From Nitrospirota bacterium (GTDB lineage: Bacteria; Nitrospirota; UBA9217): a DNA stretch of 64,000 nucleotides. The notes beneath the pieces are model-generated. The model was given only the letters and a program-made list of their open reading frames with translations. It had not been told where the DNA came from and made no database searches. Made by a program: the position numbers and the translations under genes. The DNA is taken from positions 736,001 to 800,000 of the forward strand of contig CAWBNQ010000001.1 of the NCBI GenBank assembly GCA_963790205.1, in the 5' to 3' direction. Below, in pieces: positions 42,299-55,218 of this stretch (within the stretch, counting starts at the first letter, position 1; each line of letters starts with the position of its first letter).

Positions 42299-45201
42299 TT
42301 GAAAAAATTTTTCTTCGTCTGTCTTATCCTTCTCGGTACGGCCTCACTTGCCTTTGCCAAGTTCGACCCCGCCTTCACGTGGACCACGCTCGAGACGCCG
42401 CATTTTTACATTCATTATCACCAGGGCGGTGAAGCGATCGCGCGGCACGCGGCGCAGGTCGCGGAGGACGTACATGCGCGGCTGGTCCCGCGGATAAAAT
42501 GGGAGCCGAAAGCAGAAGACGCACATCGTGCTCGTGGACGCCATGGACGAGGCGAACGGCATGACCGGGGTAATGCCCTATAACCAGATGATCCTGCTGC
42601 TCACCCAGCCCGTGGGCGAGCCCGGCTTCGGGACTACCGCCTATGAGGACTGGATGCGGCTTCTGATCACGCACGAGTATACCCACGTTCTGCAGCTCGA
42701 CATGATCAACGGCGGCCTGGGCGGCGTGATGCAGACGCTGTTCGGGCGGTTCTACTTTCCGAACGAATGGCAGCCGATCTGGCTGATCGAGGGGCTTGCC
42801 GTCTATGAAGAGACGGAGCAGACCTCGGGCGGACGCGGCCGTTCTGCGGGCGCGGACATGGTGCTTCGCATGGCCACGCTCGAAGGCCCCTTCCCGCCGA
42901 TCAGCCAGATGACGGTCTTTCCGGACACCTGGCCTTCCGGCGACGTTCCCTACCTCTTCGGCGAGTCCTTCATCCGCTTCATTGCCGACACGTACGGCCG
43001 CGACAAGCTCGCCGACCTCAGCATCATCTACAGCGGCAGGGCCGCTCCCTTCCTGATCGATTCCACGGCGAAACGCGCGCTCGGCAAAGACTACGGCGAC
43101 CTCCGGGAGGAATGGATGGCCTCGCTCCAGGACAAATACGAAAAACAACGCGACGAGGTCACGGCCAAAGGTCTGACCGCATCGACGATGCTCACCCATA
43201 AGGGTTACGATACGCTCTCCCCGGTCTACTCTCCGGACGGCGGCAGGATCGCTTATCTTGAAGCGAACGGGGACGAGTTCCCCGGCATCTACGTGATGAA
43301 CGCCGACGGCACGGGCGACCGCAAGCTCACGGAAAACGCGTTCCCCCTGAGCGCGTCGGGCATGACGCTCGCGTGGTCCGCGGACGGCGATCGGCTCTAT
43401 TATACAAAAGCTGAAATCGAGCGGAACACGGATTATTACGACGACCTCTATTATTATGATATGAAAAAGGACAAGGAGGTCCGGGTGACGAAGATGCTTC
43501 GCGCGCGCGATCCCGGTCCTTCTCCGGACGGGAAGAAGCTCATCTTCGTCACGAACCGGATGGGCATGACCAGGCTGGCGCTCCTCGACATTTCATCGGA
43601 GCGAAAGCGCCCGGCCGGCGCCGGTGACGTTGCCTTCCTTACGGAAGAGAGCATGGTCCAGTACGAGGCCCCGCGCTGGAGCCCCGACGGCTCGAAGATC
43701 GCGGTGAGTCTCTGGCAGCCGGGGGGGTACAAGGACATATGGATCCTCGACACAGGGGGAAAGAAGCTTGAGGAGGTGACGCATGACCGGGCCATTGACG
43801 GCGCGCCTGCCTGGAGCCCGGATGGGAAATATATTTATTTTTCATCGGACCGCACGGGAATCTACAACCTCTTTGCCTATGAGCTCGGGACGAAGAAACT
43901 TTTCCAGATAACGAACGTGCTCGGCGGCGCATTCTCCCCGAACCCCTCGCCGGACGGAAAAACGCTCGCCTTTCACGTCTTACAGCGCGAAGGGATACGA
44001 CGTTCATACGCTGACCATGGACCGGGCAGCGTGGAAGCCCGCTGAGCCGTACAAAGACCCCTATCCGGCCGTGCAGTATGAAGAACGGAAATTCGACACA
44101 AAAACGATGCCCTACAGCCCCCTTCCGACCCTGGCCCCGCGTTTCTGGCTTCCCTGGTTCGGTTACAGCCATGAGAGCGGAGTGCTCGGCGGGTTTCTCA
44201 CCCTGGGCGAGGACGTTGTGCAGCGCCATCAATACATCGTGACCGGCCTCTACGGACCGAAGACCAACCGCCTATGGTATTCCTTCGATTATCTGTATGA
44301 CGGCCTTCCGCCGACAATTCATGTCCAAGCCTCGGACACGGATGTTACCTACAGCGACCTGCTTCAGGACCCTCTCGGGATACAAGATTATGTCGAACGC
44401 CAGAAGACCTACGGTCTGGAGCTTATCGCGCCCCTCATCAAAAACCAGACTCAGCACATGGTCACGATCGGATATCAGTGGAAAGAGATCTCAGCGCTCA
44501 CGAATATGCCTCCCTGGCCCGGTTACAGCGGCCCGGTTCCCGCTGAGGGCGTTCTGGCATCCGGCAAGCTCAGCTATCGTTATAACAGCGCGCGGGGATA
44601 TAATTTCTCGATCAGCCCGGAGCAGGGCCGGACCATCGAGCTCGGCTACGAGCGGCTCGATAAGTCTTTGGGCAGCGACTTCGAGCTGAATAAATACACC
44701 ATGGACTGGCATGAGTACATCAATTTCCCCTGGCCTCATCACGTGCTCCTGGCACGGGCCTTCGGCGGGACCTCGACCGGGCAGAAGCTTCCGCAGCGCG
44801 CGTTCTCGCTGGGCGGCGACAACCCGGGGGACATTACCCTCTCGATCGACGACCAGGATGTTTTTCTCCGTGGCTATCCCGCGAACGAGTTCCGGGGACA
44901 GAACGCGGCGCTGGCGGGTTTGGAGTACCGGTTCCCGATCGTGGACATCGAGCGCGGCGGCGGCCAGACGCCGATCTTCCTCAGGAGGGTCCACGGCGCC
45001 GTCTTCGGAGAGGCGGGCAATGCCTGGGACGGGACGTTCCACGGCTCGGATCTGAAGCGCGCCGTGGGCGCTGAAGCCCGCATGGACCTGTACCTTGCGT
45101 ACCGGCTTCCGATCACGCTCCGCCTGGGCGTTGCCAGGGGACTGGATGAAAAAAAGGAGACGATGATCATCATCGGGCTCTGGGCGCCGGTGCTGTTCTG
45201 A
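42299..45201 (+). CDS. Outer-membrane fusion: gluzincin-like peptidase domain + TolB/PD40 beta-propeller + Omp85-type barrel (+1 frameshifts near 42510 and 43972)
   Basis: Signal peptide; HEYTH...WLIEGLA; repeated (W/Y)SPDG; barrel with LRGYP motif and terminal Phe. Three ORFs join on removing single bases. Confidence 0.78.
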
Positions 45202-45334
45202 CGGGCCGGGCAGGCGCGGCAATGATAAACATATTTAATATGCTCACTACCGTTGAATGCTTTTTGTGCTATCCTTTTTTATCATTCAAAGTCATCACTC
45301 CTATCCTGTCACCCGGCCTCAAATGAGGTAATGT

Positions 45335-46222
45335 ATGATACTCGTGATCGGCGGCACGGGCTTTGTAGGCAGCCATCTGGTCCGGCGCATGCGCCGGGAG
45401 GGGCTCCCTCTGCGGGTACTGGTCAGAAACCCCGATAAGGCGCAGGCGCTCGCGGACCTGGGCGTTGAAGCTGTTCCGGGGGACCTTTCGGACAAGGCGT
45501 CTCTTGAGAAGGCAGTAGCGGGCGCTGAGCGCGTAATTCATCTCGTGGGCATCATCCAGGAAGCGCACGGTGTTACCTTCAAGGGCGTACACGTGGAAGG
45601 AACGCGAACCATCGTCGAGGCGGCCAGGAAGGCCGGGGTACGCCACTTTTTTTACCAGAGCGCGCTCGGCGCCAGGCCTGGAGCAAAGAGCGAGTACCAC
45701 AAGACCAAGTGGCATGCCGAGGAACTCGTGCGCGCGAGCGGCATTCCCTACACGATCCTGCGTCCGTCGCTCATCTACGGCCCGGGAGATCAGTTCACGC
45801 TCAGGCTCGCGGAGATCATCAGGCAAGCGCCCGTGCTTCCGATCATCGGCTCGGGCAAGTCCAGGATCCAGCCCATTGCTATCGATGACGTGGTCTCCTG
45901 CATCGTGAAGGCCGTGAGCAGTGACGCCTTTTTGAACGAGAGCTATGAGATAGGCGGACCGGAGCAACTCACCTACGAAGAGGTGACGCGCGCCATCGCC
46001 GAGGCCATGGGGATCAGGCGGCCGGCGGTCCATGTACCGATGCTTTTCATGAGGTCCATGGCCCGGGTGCTTGAGGCCGTGCTCCCGAAACCTCCCGTGA
46101 CCTCGGACCAGCTCATCATGCTCAATGAGGACAACGTTTGCAGCATGCGCGACCTCCGAGAGGTTTTCGGGATCGAACCGACCAAGTTTCAGGAAGGGCT
46201 CAAAAAGTTCGTCCGATATTAA
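45335..46222 (+). CDS. NAD(P)-binding atypical SDR (NDUFA9-like)
   Basis: GGTGFVG, YHKTK, TILRPSLIYG. Confidence 0.87.
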   Translation: MILVIGGTGFVGSHLVRRMRREGLPLRVLVRNPDKAQALADLGVEAVPGDLSDKASLEKAVAGAERVIHLVGIIQEAHGVTFKGVHVEGTRTIVEAARKAGVRHFFYQSALGARPGAKSEYHKTKWHAEELVRASGIPYTILRPSLIYGPGDQFTLRLAEIIRQAPVLPIIGSGKSRIQPIAIDDVVSCIVKAVSSDAFLNESYEIGGPEQLTYEEVTRAIAEAMGIRRPAVHVPMLFMRSMARVLEAVLPKPPVTSDQLIMLNEDNVCSMRDLREVFGIEPTKFQEGLKKFVRY

Positions 46223-49200
46223 TTAGACAGGTCAGCTCCCCTGCCATCGTAGATTTAACCCGCCAACGCGTCATAATTTTTTATAAAAAAACGCCTATTT
46301 TAATTAACTAATTGATAATCCGGCAAATTATAACCACAAAAAAGTGATTAAGTAAACTTTTTTATTTACTTTTAACAAAAAAATACGGTAAAATGTAAAC
46401 TGACGTAATAAAAAAGTTATATGACAATAATTTTTACTACTACTAACGGTTTGGAAAAACGAAAAAAGAGCAGGAGGACTACTCTAATGCATTCTGAAAA
46501 ACTTTGTGTGCGCGGAGGCAACAGACAAGAGAGACTTTTTGGCGGACCTATCCGGTTTTCTTTTTTATCGGCCTTGATCTTTCTGATGGCCCTGCTTGTA
46601 TTGTCAGGAGCTTTTGTCCGGAGCGCCGAGGCGGCGAGAACGGTAACAGGGATTACGGTCAACGCTCAGTCCGGCTCGACCACCTATGGCACCGGCACCG
46701 CGGTTACATTTCCACTCTCCATTACCAATAGCGGTGGAGGTACTACAATAGTAACCCTGACAGTTTCCGGCTTACCGGCAGGAGCGACTTTCTCTCCCGC
46801 TACAGTAACCTTGAACGCTAACCCAAAGGCGGCAACTTTGACCATTACGCCGAGCACTACATCGCCTGCCGGCGCATTTGCTATCTCTGTGGGTACTACA
46901 CAGAACGGCGTGACCGGTGGGAATACGTTGACTATCAGGAAGCGAACGATCACGGTGACGGCGGCGACGAACACTAAGACTTATGACGGCACGACGACGG
47001 CCGCGGCAGTGCCGACGATTACGTCGGGCAGCTTGGCAGGGACCGACACGGCAAACTTCACAGAGACCTACGCCGGCAAGAACGTTGGGTCAGGCTTGAC
47101 CTTGGCCCCTGCGGGCACGGTTAGCGATGGGAACGGCGGTAACAACTACGCTGTGACCTTTGTCAACAATACCACGGGTGTCATCAACGCCAAGGCACTC
47201 ACGGTCGGCGCGACAGGCGTGAATAAAGGGTATGACGGGACCACGAGCGCGACAGTCACCCTGAGCGACGACAAAGTCGCGGGCGACACGGTCCTTGACA
47301 GCTATACGAGTGCGGCCTTTGCAGACAAGAATGTGGGCATTGGCAAGGCGGTCAATGTTACCGGTATATCGATCAGCGGCGCCGACTCCGGCAACTACAC
47401 AGCCAACACAACAGCCTCGACGACGGCAAACATCACGGCCCGCGCGATTACGGTGACGGCGGCCACGAACACCAAGATCTATGACGGCACGACAGTTGCT
47501 GCCGCGATGCCGACGATAACAAGCGGTACGCTGGTGGGGACCGACGCAGCAAACTTTACGGAAAGCTACGCCGGCAAGAACGCGGGCGCAGGCCTGACCC
47601 TGATCCCATCCGGGTCGGTGACAGACGGCAATGGCGGAAATAACTATGCGGTGACATTTGCGAATAACACAACGGGCGTGATCACAGCCCGTGCGATCAC
47701 GGTAACGGCTGCGACCGATACCAAGACCTATGACGGAACGACAGCTGCCGCGGCAATACCCACGATCACTTCCGGGACGCTTCAGGGGGCCGATACGGCG
47801 AACTTCGTCGAGACTTTTGCCGGTAAGAACGTTGGCGCAGGCCTGACGCTCACTCCCAGCGGCTCGGTGACTGACGGTAATAGCGGCAACAACTATGCCG
47901 TGACCTTTGTCAACAATACGACCGGCGTCATCAACGCGCGCGCGATCACGGTGACGGCCGCGACCGATACCAAGACCTATGACGGAACGACGGCTGCCGC
48001 GGCGATACCCACGATCACTTCCGGGGCGCTTCAGGGGGCCGATACGGCAAACTTCACCGAGACCTTTTCCGGCAAGAACGTTGGTGCAGGTCTGACCCTG
48101 ACACCCGCAGGCACGGTGAGTGACGGCAACGGCGGCAACAACTACGCCGTGACCTTTGCCAACAACACAACGGGCGTGATTACGACCCGTGCGATTACGG
48201 TGACGGCGGCAACGAACACGAAGGCGTACGATGCAACGACGAGTGCATCCGCGACGCCGACAATAACAAGCGGTACGCTGGTGGGGACCGACGCAGCAAA
48301 CTTTACGGAAAGCTACGCCGGCAAGAACGCGGGCGCAGGCCTGACCCTGATCCCATCCGGGTCGGTGACAGACGGCAATGGCGGAAATAACTATGCGGTG
48401 ACATTCGCGAACAACACAACGGGCGTGATCACAGCCCGTGCGATCACGGTAACGGCCGCGACCGATACTAAGATCTATGACGGCACGACGAGTTCCTCCG
48501 GTGTGCCGGCGATCTCTCCGGCCCTGGTTGGCGGGGACGCTTCGGGTTTCATCCAGACGTTCGACACGAAGAATGCCGGCGCAGGAAAAACCTTGACGCC
48601 TTCCGGGACGGTGGCTGACGGCAACGGCGGCAACAATTACACCGTGACCTTTGTAAATGATACGACGGGCGTCATCAACGCGCGTGCGCTCACGGTGACG
48701 GCCGTGTCCGATACCAAGGCCTACGACGGCACGACGAGTTCATCCGGCGCGCCGACGATCACGAGCGGCGCGTTGGCCGCGGGTGACAGCGCAAACTTCA
48801 CGCAGACCTTCGATACGCAGAACGCCGGAACGGGCAAGACCCTGACGCCAGCAGGCTCGGTGACTGACGGAAACAGCGGGAACAATTACAGCGTGACCCT
48901 CGTCGCCGTCACTACCGGTACGATCACTCAGGCCGGTCAGACAATCACGGTGACCACGCACGCGCCTGCGCAAGCGCAGTATAACAAGAGCTTCACCGTG
49001 GCCGCGACCGGAGGGTCCTCGAGTCAATCGGTTGCGATAGCGGGTTCGGGCGCCTGCACGGGTAGCGGCAACGATTCGACAACCATATTAATGACAAGCA
49101 GCACAGGCACCTGCACGGTGACCTATACCCAGGCAGGCAACACCAACTACGCAGCGGCCACGCAGGTGATCGAGACGACCGCGGCGCAGGCGGCCCTGGC

Positions 49201-52200
49201 CGTATCGACCCTGGCGGACGGATCCGTTGCGAATAATGCAACGCTCAATATCGTCGGCTCTGCGCTCGTGTCCGGCGGCAGCGTGACCGTGACCGTAAAT
49301 GCCGCACCCGTAACAATCAATGCGGACGGCACCTTCAGCTCGGTCATGACCCTGACAACGGGCACGAACGCAATCACTATCGTAGCCACGAACGCTGACG
49401 GGACCCCGACGACAGACACCCGGACGATCACGTATGACAATACGTCGCCGGTTCTGGCTATCACCACGCCGTCGGACAACAGCATTATTAACAGCCTCGT
49501 TTCGAGCATTACCATTACCGGGACTGTCGCTGCGGGGAACACCGTGACCGTGTCGCTGAACGGCGGTGCGCCGCAATTCGCGATCATGTCCGGAGGCGAC
49601 TACGCGGCGACGATAAACAGAACGGACCTCGCACCCGGCCTCAACACTATTCTGGTGACCGTGGACGATGGGGCAGGACACACCACATCGATGAAACGGA
49701 CGGTCGTCTACTCCGCCTCGGCTCCGGCCCTGGCGGTCACGTCTCCGGATCAGGACATCGTGAGCAGCGGGACGTCCACGGTGATGATCAGTGGTCTCGT
49801 ATCGGATCCGTCCTATACCGTCCAGGTCACGCTTACCGGTGATGGCACGACCACGACCTATGCGCCGGCCGTTAATGGCGACGGGACCTACTCGCAGCTC
49901 GTGACCTTCGGGACCACGACGATGAATCTCACCTATACGGTGACGGTGACTGCGGACGACGGAGCAGGCCATACCTCGACGATCCAGCGAAACATTGTTT
50001 ATAAGGGGACCCCGATAGCGGCCCAGACGATCACGTTCAACGCGTTGCCGGCCCATACGTATGGGGACGCTGACTTTGATCCGGCCGCAACGGCGAGCTC
50101 GGGTCTTGCAGTAACATATGCAAGCTCAAACACCTCAGTCGCAACGATTGTGAGCAACAAGGTGCATATCCTCAGCGCGGGAACGACCACCATCACGGCA
50201 TCCCAGTCAGGCGACATCAACTACAGTCCTGCGTCCGACGTTCAACAGCCGCTGATGGTGAACAACGCGATGCCGAGCGTTACGAGTTGGCCGACGGCCG
50301 GCGGGATCACGTACGGGCAGGCGCTTTCAGCCTCAACGCTCACGAACGGTTCTGCGACCGTCCCGGGCACGTTTGTCTTTACCACGCCGTCCACGACCCC
50401 GCCTGCGGGCACGTACAGCGCGTCCGTGATCTTCACCCCCATTGATATGACGAACTACAATACCGTGACCGGCAGCGTAACTATTGACGTTGCCAAAGCG
50501 ACGCCGAGCGTTACGAGTTGGCCGGCGGCCGGCGGGATCACGTACGGGCAGGCGCTCTCGGCCTCAACGCTCACGGGCGGTTCTGCATCCATTCCGGGCA
50601 CGTTTGCCTTTACCACTCCGTCCACGACCCCGCCTGCGGGCACGTACAGCGCGTCCGTGACCTTTATCCCCACGGATACGACGAACTACAACACCGTGCC
50701 CACCAGCGTAAATGTCACCGTCACCGATACCGCTGCGTTGCCGGACATGGTCGTCTCGACCCTGCCCGACGGCAGCCATACGAGCGACGCCACCCTGAAT
50801 GTGACCGGCATGGTTGACGATGTAAGCAACGTTCAGGGTGTCCTGGTCGGCTCCGACCCGGTTACGATCAATGCCGACGGCAGCTTCAGTGTCGCCGTCC
50901 CGCTCATACCCGGCGACAACCTTGTTCAGATCACGATCATTGACAAGGAAGGAAAACAGACCACGGTGAGCCGCACGATCATTCTTGACCCGAATGCCCC
51001 GGTACTGGCCGTAACGAGCCCGGTTGACGGCCTCCTCACCGCGCAGAACAACGTCACTATCGCCGGGAGCGCCGATCCGACCTCCTCGGTGACGGTCAAA
51101 GTCAATGAAGATGCTCCGTTCACGCCCAACGGCACAAGCGATAACTTCAGCGACACGGTGATCCTCAACTCCGGCATCAACACCATCTTGATTCTCGCGA
51201 CCAATCCGACGGGATCCACGCAGACGGCCAAGCGAACGGTGTTCTATGACTTCCGCAAGCCGGGCCTCGCCGTCGCCAGCCCGGACAAGGACATGACCAT
51301 CACTGACGGACAGATGACGATATCGGGGCTGGTCAGCGATGCCCTGACCACGGTCACGGTCACCATATCAGCAGCAGGGGTCGATTACACACCCACGGTC
51401 AACGTTGACGGCAGTTTCACCCAGGCCTTGACCTTCACGGACGAGGGCGTCTATCCGGTCGTTGTGACCGCGACGGACCTCTACGGCAACAGCGCGAGTA
51501 TGCAGCGAAACATCCGGTTCCTGCGCGGGAGCATCGTCATCAACAAAGGGGCGGCCTTCACCACGAGCACTGCGGTCACCCTCGATCTCGGCTACGTATC
51601 GGCCCCGACCTTCACCATGAGCACGATGCAGCTCCTCTACAAGAACACGGCCTGGACCGCTCCGATGGCCTTTGCCGCCAAGAAGGCCATCATCCTTCCG
51701 GCGGGCGACGGGGTGAAGACGGTCTTTGTCCGCTTCATCGACAAGGGCGGGGCCGTGTCTGCCTTCTACGCCGACACCATCATCCTGGACACCAAAGTGC
51801 CTTTGGGGTCCATCGCCATCAACAACGGCGACGCTGTCACCACGTCGCCGAGCGTCACCCTGAACCTTGCGGTCACGGACGCCAACGGCGTGGTCAAGAT
51901 GCAGTTCAGCGACAACGGCACGACCTGGACGCCTCTGGAGCCCTTTGCGCTAACGAGGGCCTACACCCTGCCGGGAACCTACGGTGTGAAGAAGGTTTAC
52001 GCCCGGTTCATCGACAGCGCAGGCAAGGTCTCGGCCGTGGTGAGCGACACGATCACCTATGCAGCCAGCACTGTACCCGTTACTGCCGCGGACGTGACGA
52101 TCAAGAACGGTGCTGCGTACACGACCTCGACCAGTGTTCCGGTCGCCATCACGAGCCCGGGAGCCGGGTACACCATGATGCGGGTCAGTACGAACGGTGC

Positions 52201-52549
52201 CGCCTGGGCACTCTGGGGGGCCGTGAAGGCTAACACAACCGTAACGCTTCCTTCCGGCGACGGGGTAAAGACCGTGTATGTCCAGTTCAAGACGGCAGCA
52301 GGCGCCACATCCGCGGTCTACAGCGACAGCATCATCCTCGACACCGCTTCGCCAAAGGGATCGATCCAGATCAACAGCGGAATCTACAGCACCAACACTC
52401 GGACCGTCACCCTGACGTTGACCGCCTCGGACCTGAACGGCGTAAAGTCAATGCAGTTCAGCCTGAACAACACCGTTTGGACTACATGGGAGCCCTTTAC
52501 CGGGACCAAGCAGATCACCCTGCCCCCGGGCGACGGGGTCAAAACAGTA

Positions 52550-54150
52550 CGGGCTGTTGCCCAAAGGACTTCCCGCGAACGATCAAGCGCCTTGATGCGT
52601 AAAGAGGTCTAAGCTAATGACGGGCAATATCGGTTCTGTCTCAAGGGAATATGCAAAATGAGCGATCCGAAAGCCTTTGCCACTGTTCTTTGAACAACGA
52701 GCAGCCGTACCGCAGCTGCTTTCTTCGGCTTGGAAGCATGCGCTATTAGCACTTGCATGTTCTGGATGGCACAGGTCATATATTCCTGGACCCGCATTCG
52801 CCAAAGGCCTCGCCAGCGTGCTTGATCGAAGCCGTATCGGGTGCCCCTGGCAAAGGATCGCTCCATCAGGTGTTGTCTGGTTTTGATGTCGTACCGTGCA
52901 TTGGCTGATCGACTGATTGCACGCATGCGCTCCAGAACATTCTGCCGGAGATGACGCTTGATCGTTCGGCCGGACTTGTTTTTCGTGCATTGCTCTCTAA
53001 GCTGGCACGCTGCGCAGACTTTCCTGGGCGCTGCGTAATCCCGGCTTTGTCTGGCTATATGCAGCGACTTCGGCTTGAGCTGAGTTCCTGCCGGGCACAT
53101 ATAGGAGTCGGTGGCAGGATCATAGGAAAATCTATCTTCCATAAAGATGTCGGTTTTCGCTATGCGATTGATCGCCACGTCTCGTAAATCCGGGATATGC
53201 GCCTTTATGCCCTTGTCATGGCAGGCAAGGAAGTTGTCGATCGTTCCGTACTTACTGTCCGCAACAACCGTTTCGGCCTCGACTTCCGTTGTTGCGTGGT
53301 GTTGCTCAAGCAGCGAAAGCATCAGATGGGCTTCGTTCACATCGCCGGGCGCTACGTCGGTTGCAGTGATGATTTCTTTTTTACCGTCAACGGCCCGATG
53401 CACTTGGTAGGAAAGTTTGGATTTCCCCCGGTTCACCAGGGCCGCGTCCGGGTCGGTGGTGGAGATATAGCGGTTGTTCTTTTTTTCGTAGGTCCTGGAA
53501 GGATCAGTGCTTTCGGTGCGTTCTTCCAAGCGGGCTTCCAGCTTTTTATAATTTTTGTGCAACTGATGTTTCAGGTTCCGGGTATCGAGAACCGAACTGT
53601 TGGAGGCATTTGCATCCACCAGACTGGAGTCGACGAAGATCTTGCGGCCGTCAATAAGACCGGCTTCCGCGCACTGCAGAACAATACGTTCGAAGAACCT
53701 TTGAAAAACATCGAGGCCCCATTTTTTGCGGGCCTTGGATAGCACGCTATGGTTGGGAATTTCAGAATCAAGGTCATACCCGAGAAACCAGAGCCAATCC
53801 ATACGCTCTGGCAGGGTGTCCATCAGCTCCCGCTCCGAGCGGACATTATAAAAGATCAGGAGTAGCATCAGTTTCAGGATAATTGGTGGTGGCACTGAAA
53901 CGTTGCCGTTGTTGCCGTACAAGTCCTTGACTTCGTCATAGGCGAAGTTGAAATCGATCAGCGTATTGACTTTTCTCAAAGGATGGTTCTCACGAACCCG
54001 TTTTTCTATATTGATGCCGATATAGAACAAGCTGCTTTGAGGCGGTTGCTGCAATCCCATCATGGCTATTGGCTCCTGATGTCGTGATTGACGTCGCAGC
54101 AATATAGCATTACTGAGTGGCTTTCTCAATATCATTTGGGCAACAGCCCG
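52550..54150 (-). mobile_element. IS1182-family insertion sequence, 1,601 bp
   Basis: Perfect 16-bp terminal IRs CGGGCTGTTGCCCAAA; flanking direct repeat AGTA at 52546-52549 and 54151-54154. Confidence 0.93.
52609..54063 (-). CDS. IS1182-family DDE transposase (484 aa)
   Basis: NHPLR, SERELM, PNHSVLS, FVDSS, STTDPDA, ADSKY, CPAG..CAACQLREQC, ERSFA. Confidence 0.92.
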   Translation of the reverse strand: MMGLQQPPQSSLFYIGINIEKRVRENHPLRKVNTLIDFNFAYDEVKDLYGNNGNVSVPPPIILKLMLLLIFYNVRSERELMDTLPERMDWLWFLGYDLDSEIPNHSVLSKARKKWGLDVFQRFFERIVLQCAEAGLIDGRKIFVDSSLVDANASNSSVLDTRNLKHQLHKNYKKLEARLEERTESTDPSRTYEKKNNRYISTTDPDAALVNRGKSKLSYQVHRAVDGKKEIITATDVAPGDVNEAHLMLSLLEQHHATTEVEAETVVADSKYGTIDNFLACHDKGIKAHIPDLRDVAINRIAKTDIFMEDRFSYDPATDSYMCPAGTQLKPKSLHIARQSRDYAAPRKVCAACQLREQCTKNKSGRTIKRHLRQNVLERMRAISRSANARYDIKTRQHLMERSFARGTRYGFDQARWRGLWRMRVQEYMTCAIQNMQVLIAHASKPKKAAAVRLLVVQRTVAKAFGSLILHIPLRQNRYCPSLA

Positions 54151-55100
54151 AGTATGGGTGAAATACCAGGACAACGCGGGCAAGATATCGGCGGCCTATT
54201 CCGACACCATCCTCGTGGACACCACGGCCCCGATCGGCAAGGTGCTCATAAACAGCGGAGCGAAAGTCATAACGAACTTGAAGGTGACCCTCTCCCTGAG
54301 CGCCACCGGCGCCACGTTCATGCAGCTGAGCCTTGACGGGGGGACGACCTGGAACGATTGGGAGCCGTATGTCACGAGCAAGAAAGTGACTCTCCCGGCC
54401 GGAGACGGGACCAAAGCCGTTTGGGCATACTTCCGCGACCTGACCGGAAACGTGTCGCTATTGACGAAGAGCAACAGCGTCAGCTACACCAAGGCGCAGG
54501 CCCCGGCCGGCATCACGGTCCCGACCTCGTCCCTTGTCACGAGTTACACGGTTACGTGGGGGCCGTCGGCCACTTCGGGCGTGACCTACGTATTGCAAGA
54601 GGCGACCAACGCAGGCTTCACCACCGGCCTGCGGACGGCGTACAGCGGCACGGGATTAAGCGCCGGCATCACGCTTCGCGTGCCGGGACTGACGTATTAC
54701 TACCGTGTGCAGGCGAAGAAGGCGGGGGACGAGTCTTCCGACTGGACAACGGGGTCGAACGGCTGCAATGTGGGCAAGCCCGCAACGCCGTCCGGCATGA
54801 CAATACCGCTATCGGACACTGACGGGAAGTATACCGTCAATTGGGGAGCATCCGCCACTCCCGGCGTTACCTATGTGGCGGAGGAGGCGACCGATAAGAA
54901 CTTTACGAGCCCAAGTCAAATATACAGCGGAGCCAATCGCAGCGTTTCCATCACCCACAGCATTGGCGGCGGGATAACCTACTACTACCGTGTGAAGGCG
55001 CAGAAGACCGGGTTCCCGGACAGCAATTGGAGAGCGGGCGCCAACGGCTGCAAGGTGCCGTAAAGGTCAGAACCGTCCGGCATTCGCCCGGAGCGATCAT

Positions 55101-55138
55101 AATAAACCCCTCTCTCAGTCATGAGAGAGGGGTTTATT
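55101..55138. terminator. Bidirectional terminator between the surface-protein gene and pepF
   Basis: 17-bp perfect IR AATAAACCCCTCTCTCA / TGAGAGAGGGGTTTATT. Confidence 0.8.
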
Positions 55139-55218
55139 GTTTCTCGAAACTCACCAAGATATTTTTTGGAGCATCCGCGGTCTCTGCCTGGGAAAATCCT
55201 CACGTTGCTGCTAAATGC

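Larger units (their letters stand above)
46487..55063 (+). pseudogene. Giant secreted surface protein (YDG/MBG-type repeats, Ig-like repeats, FN3), interrupted by an IS
   Basis: SD AGGAGG; signal peptide ending AEA; 83-aa KxYDGT repeats; Ig-like repeats; C-terminal YYYRVxA FN3 domains. Removing the IS and one AGTA restores ...KTV-WVKYQDNAG (about 2,323 aa). Confidence 0.88.

Noticed and set aside
46940..48930. YDG repeat region as a CRISPR array or DGR template/variable pair
   Set aside because: The repeats are in-frame protein domains. Differences are not adenine-specific and there is no reverse transcriptase in the window.
54064..54183. N-terminal extension of the transposase given by the ORF track
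   Set aside because: It extends beyond the right IR; the SD AGGAG supports a start at 54063.
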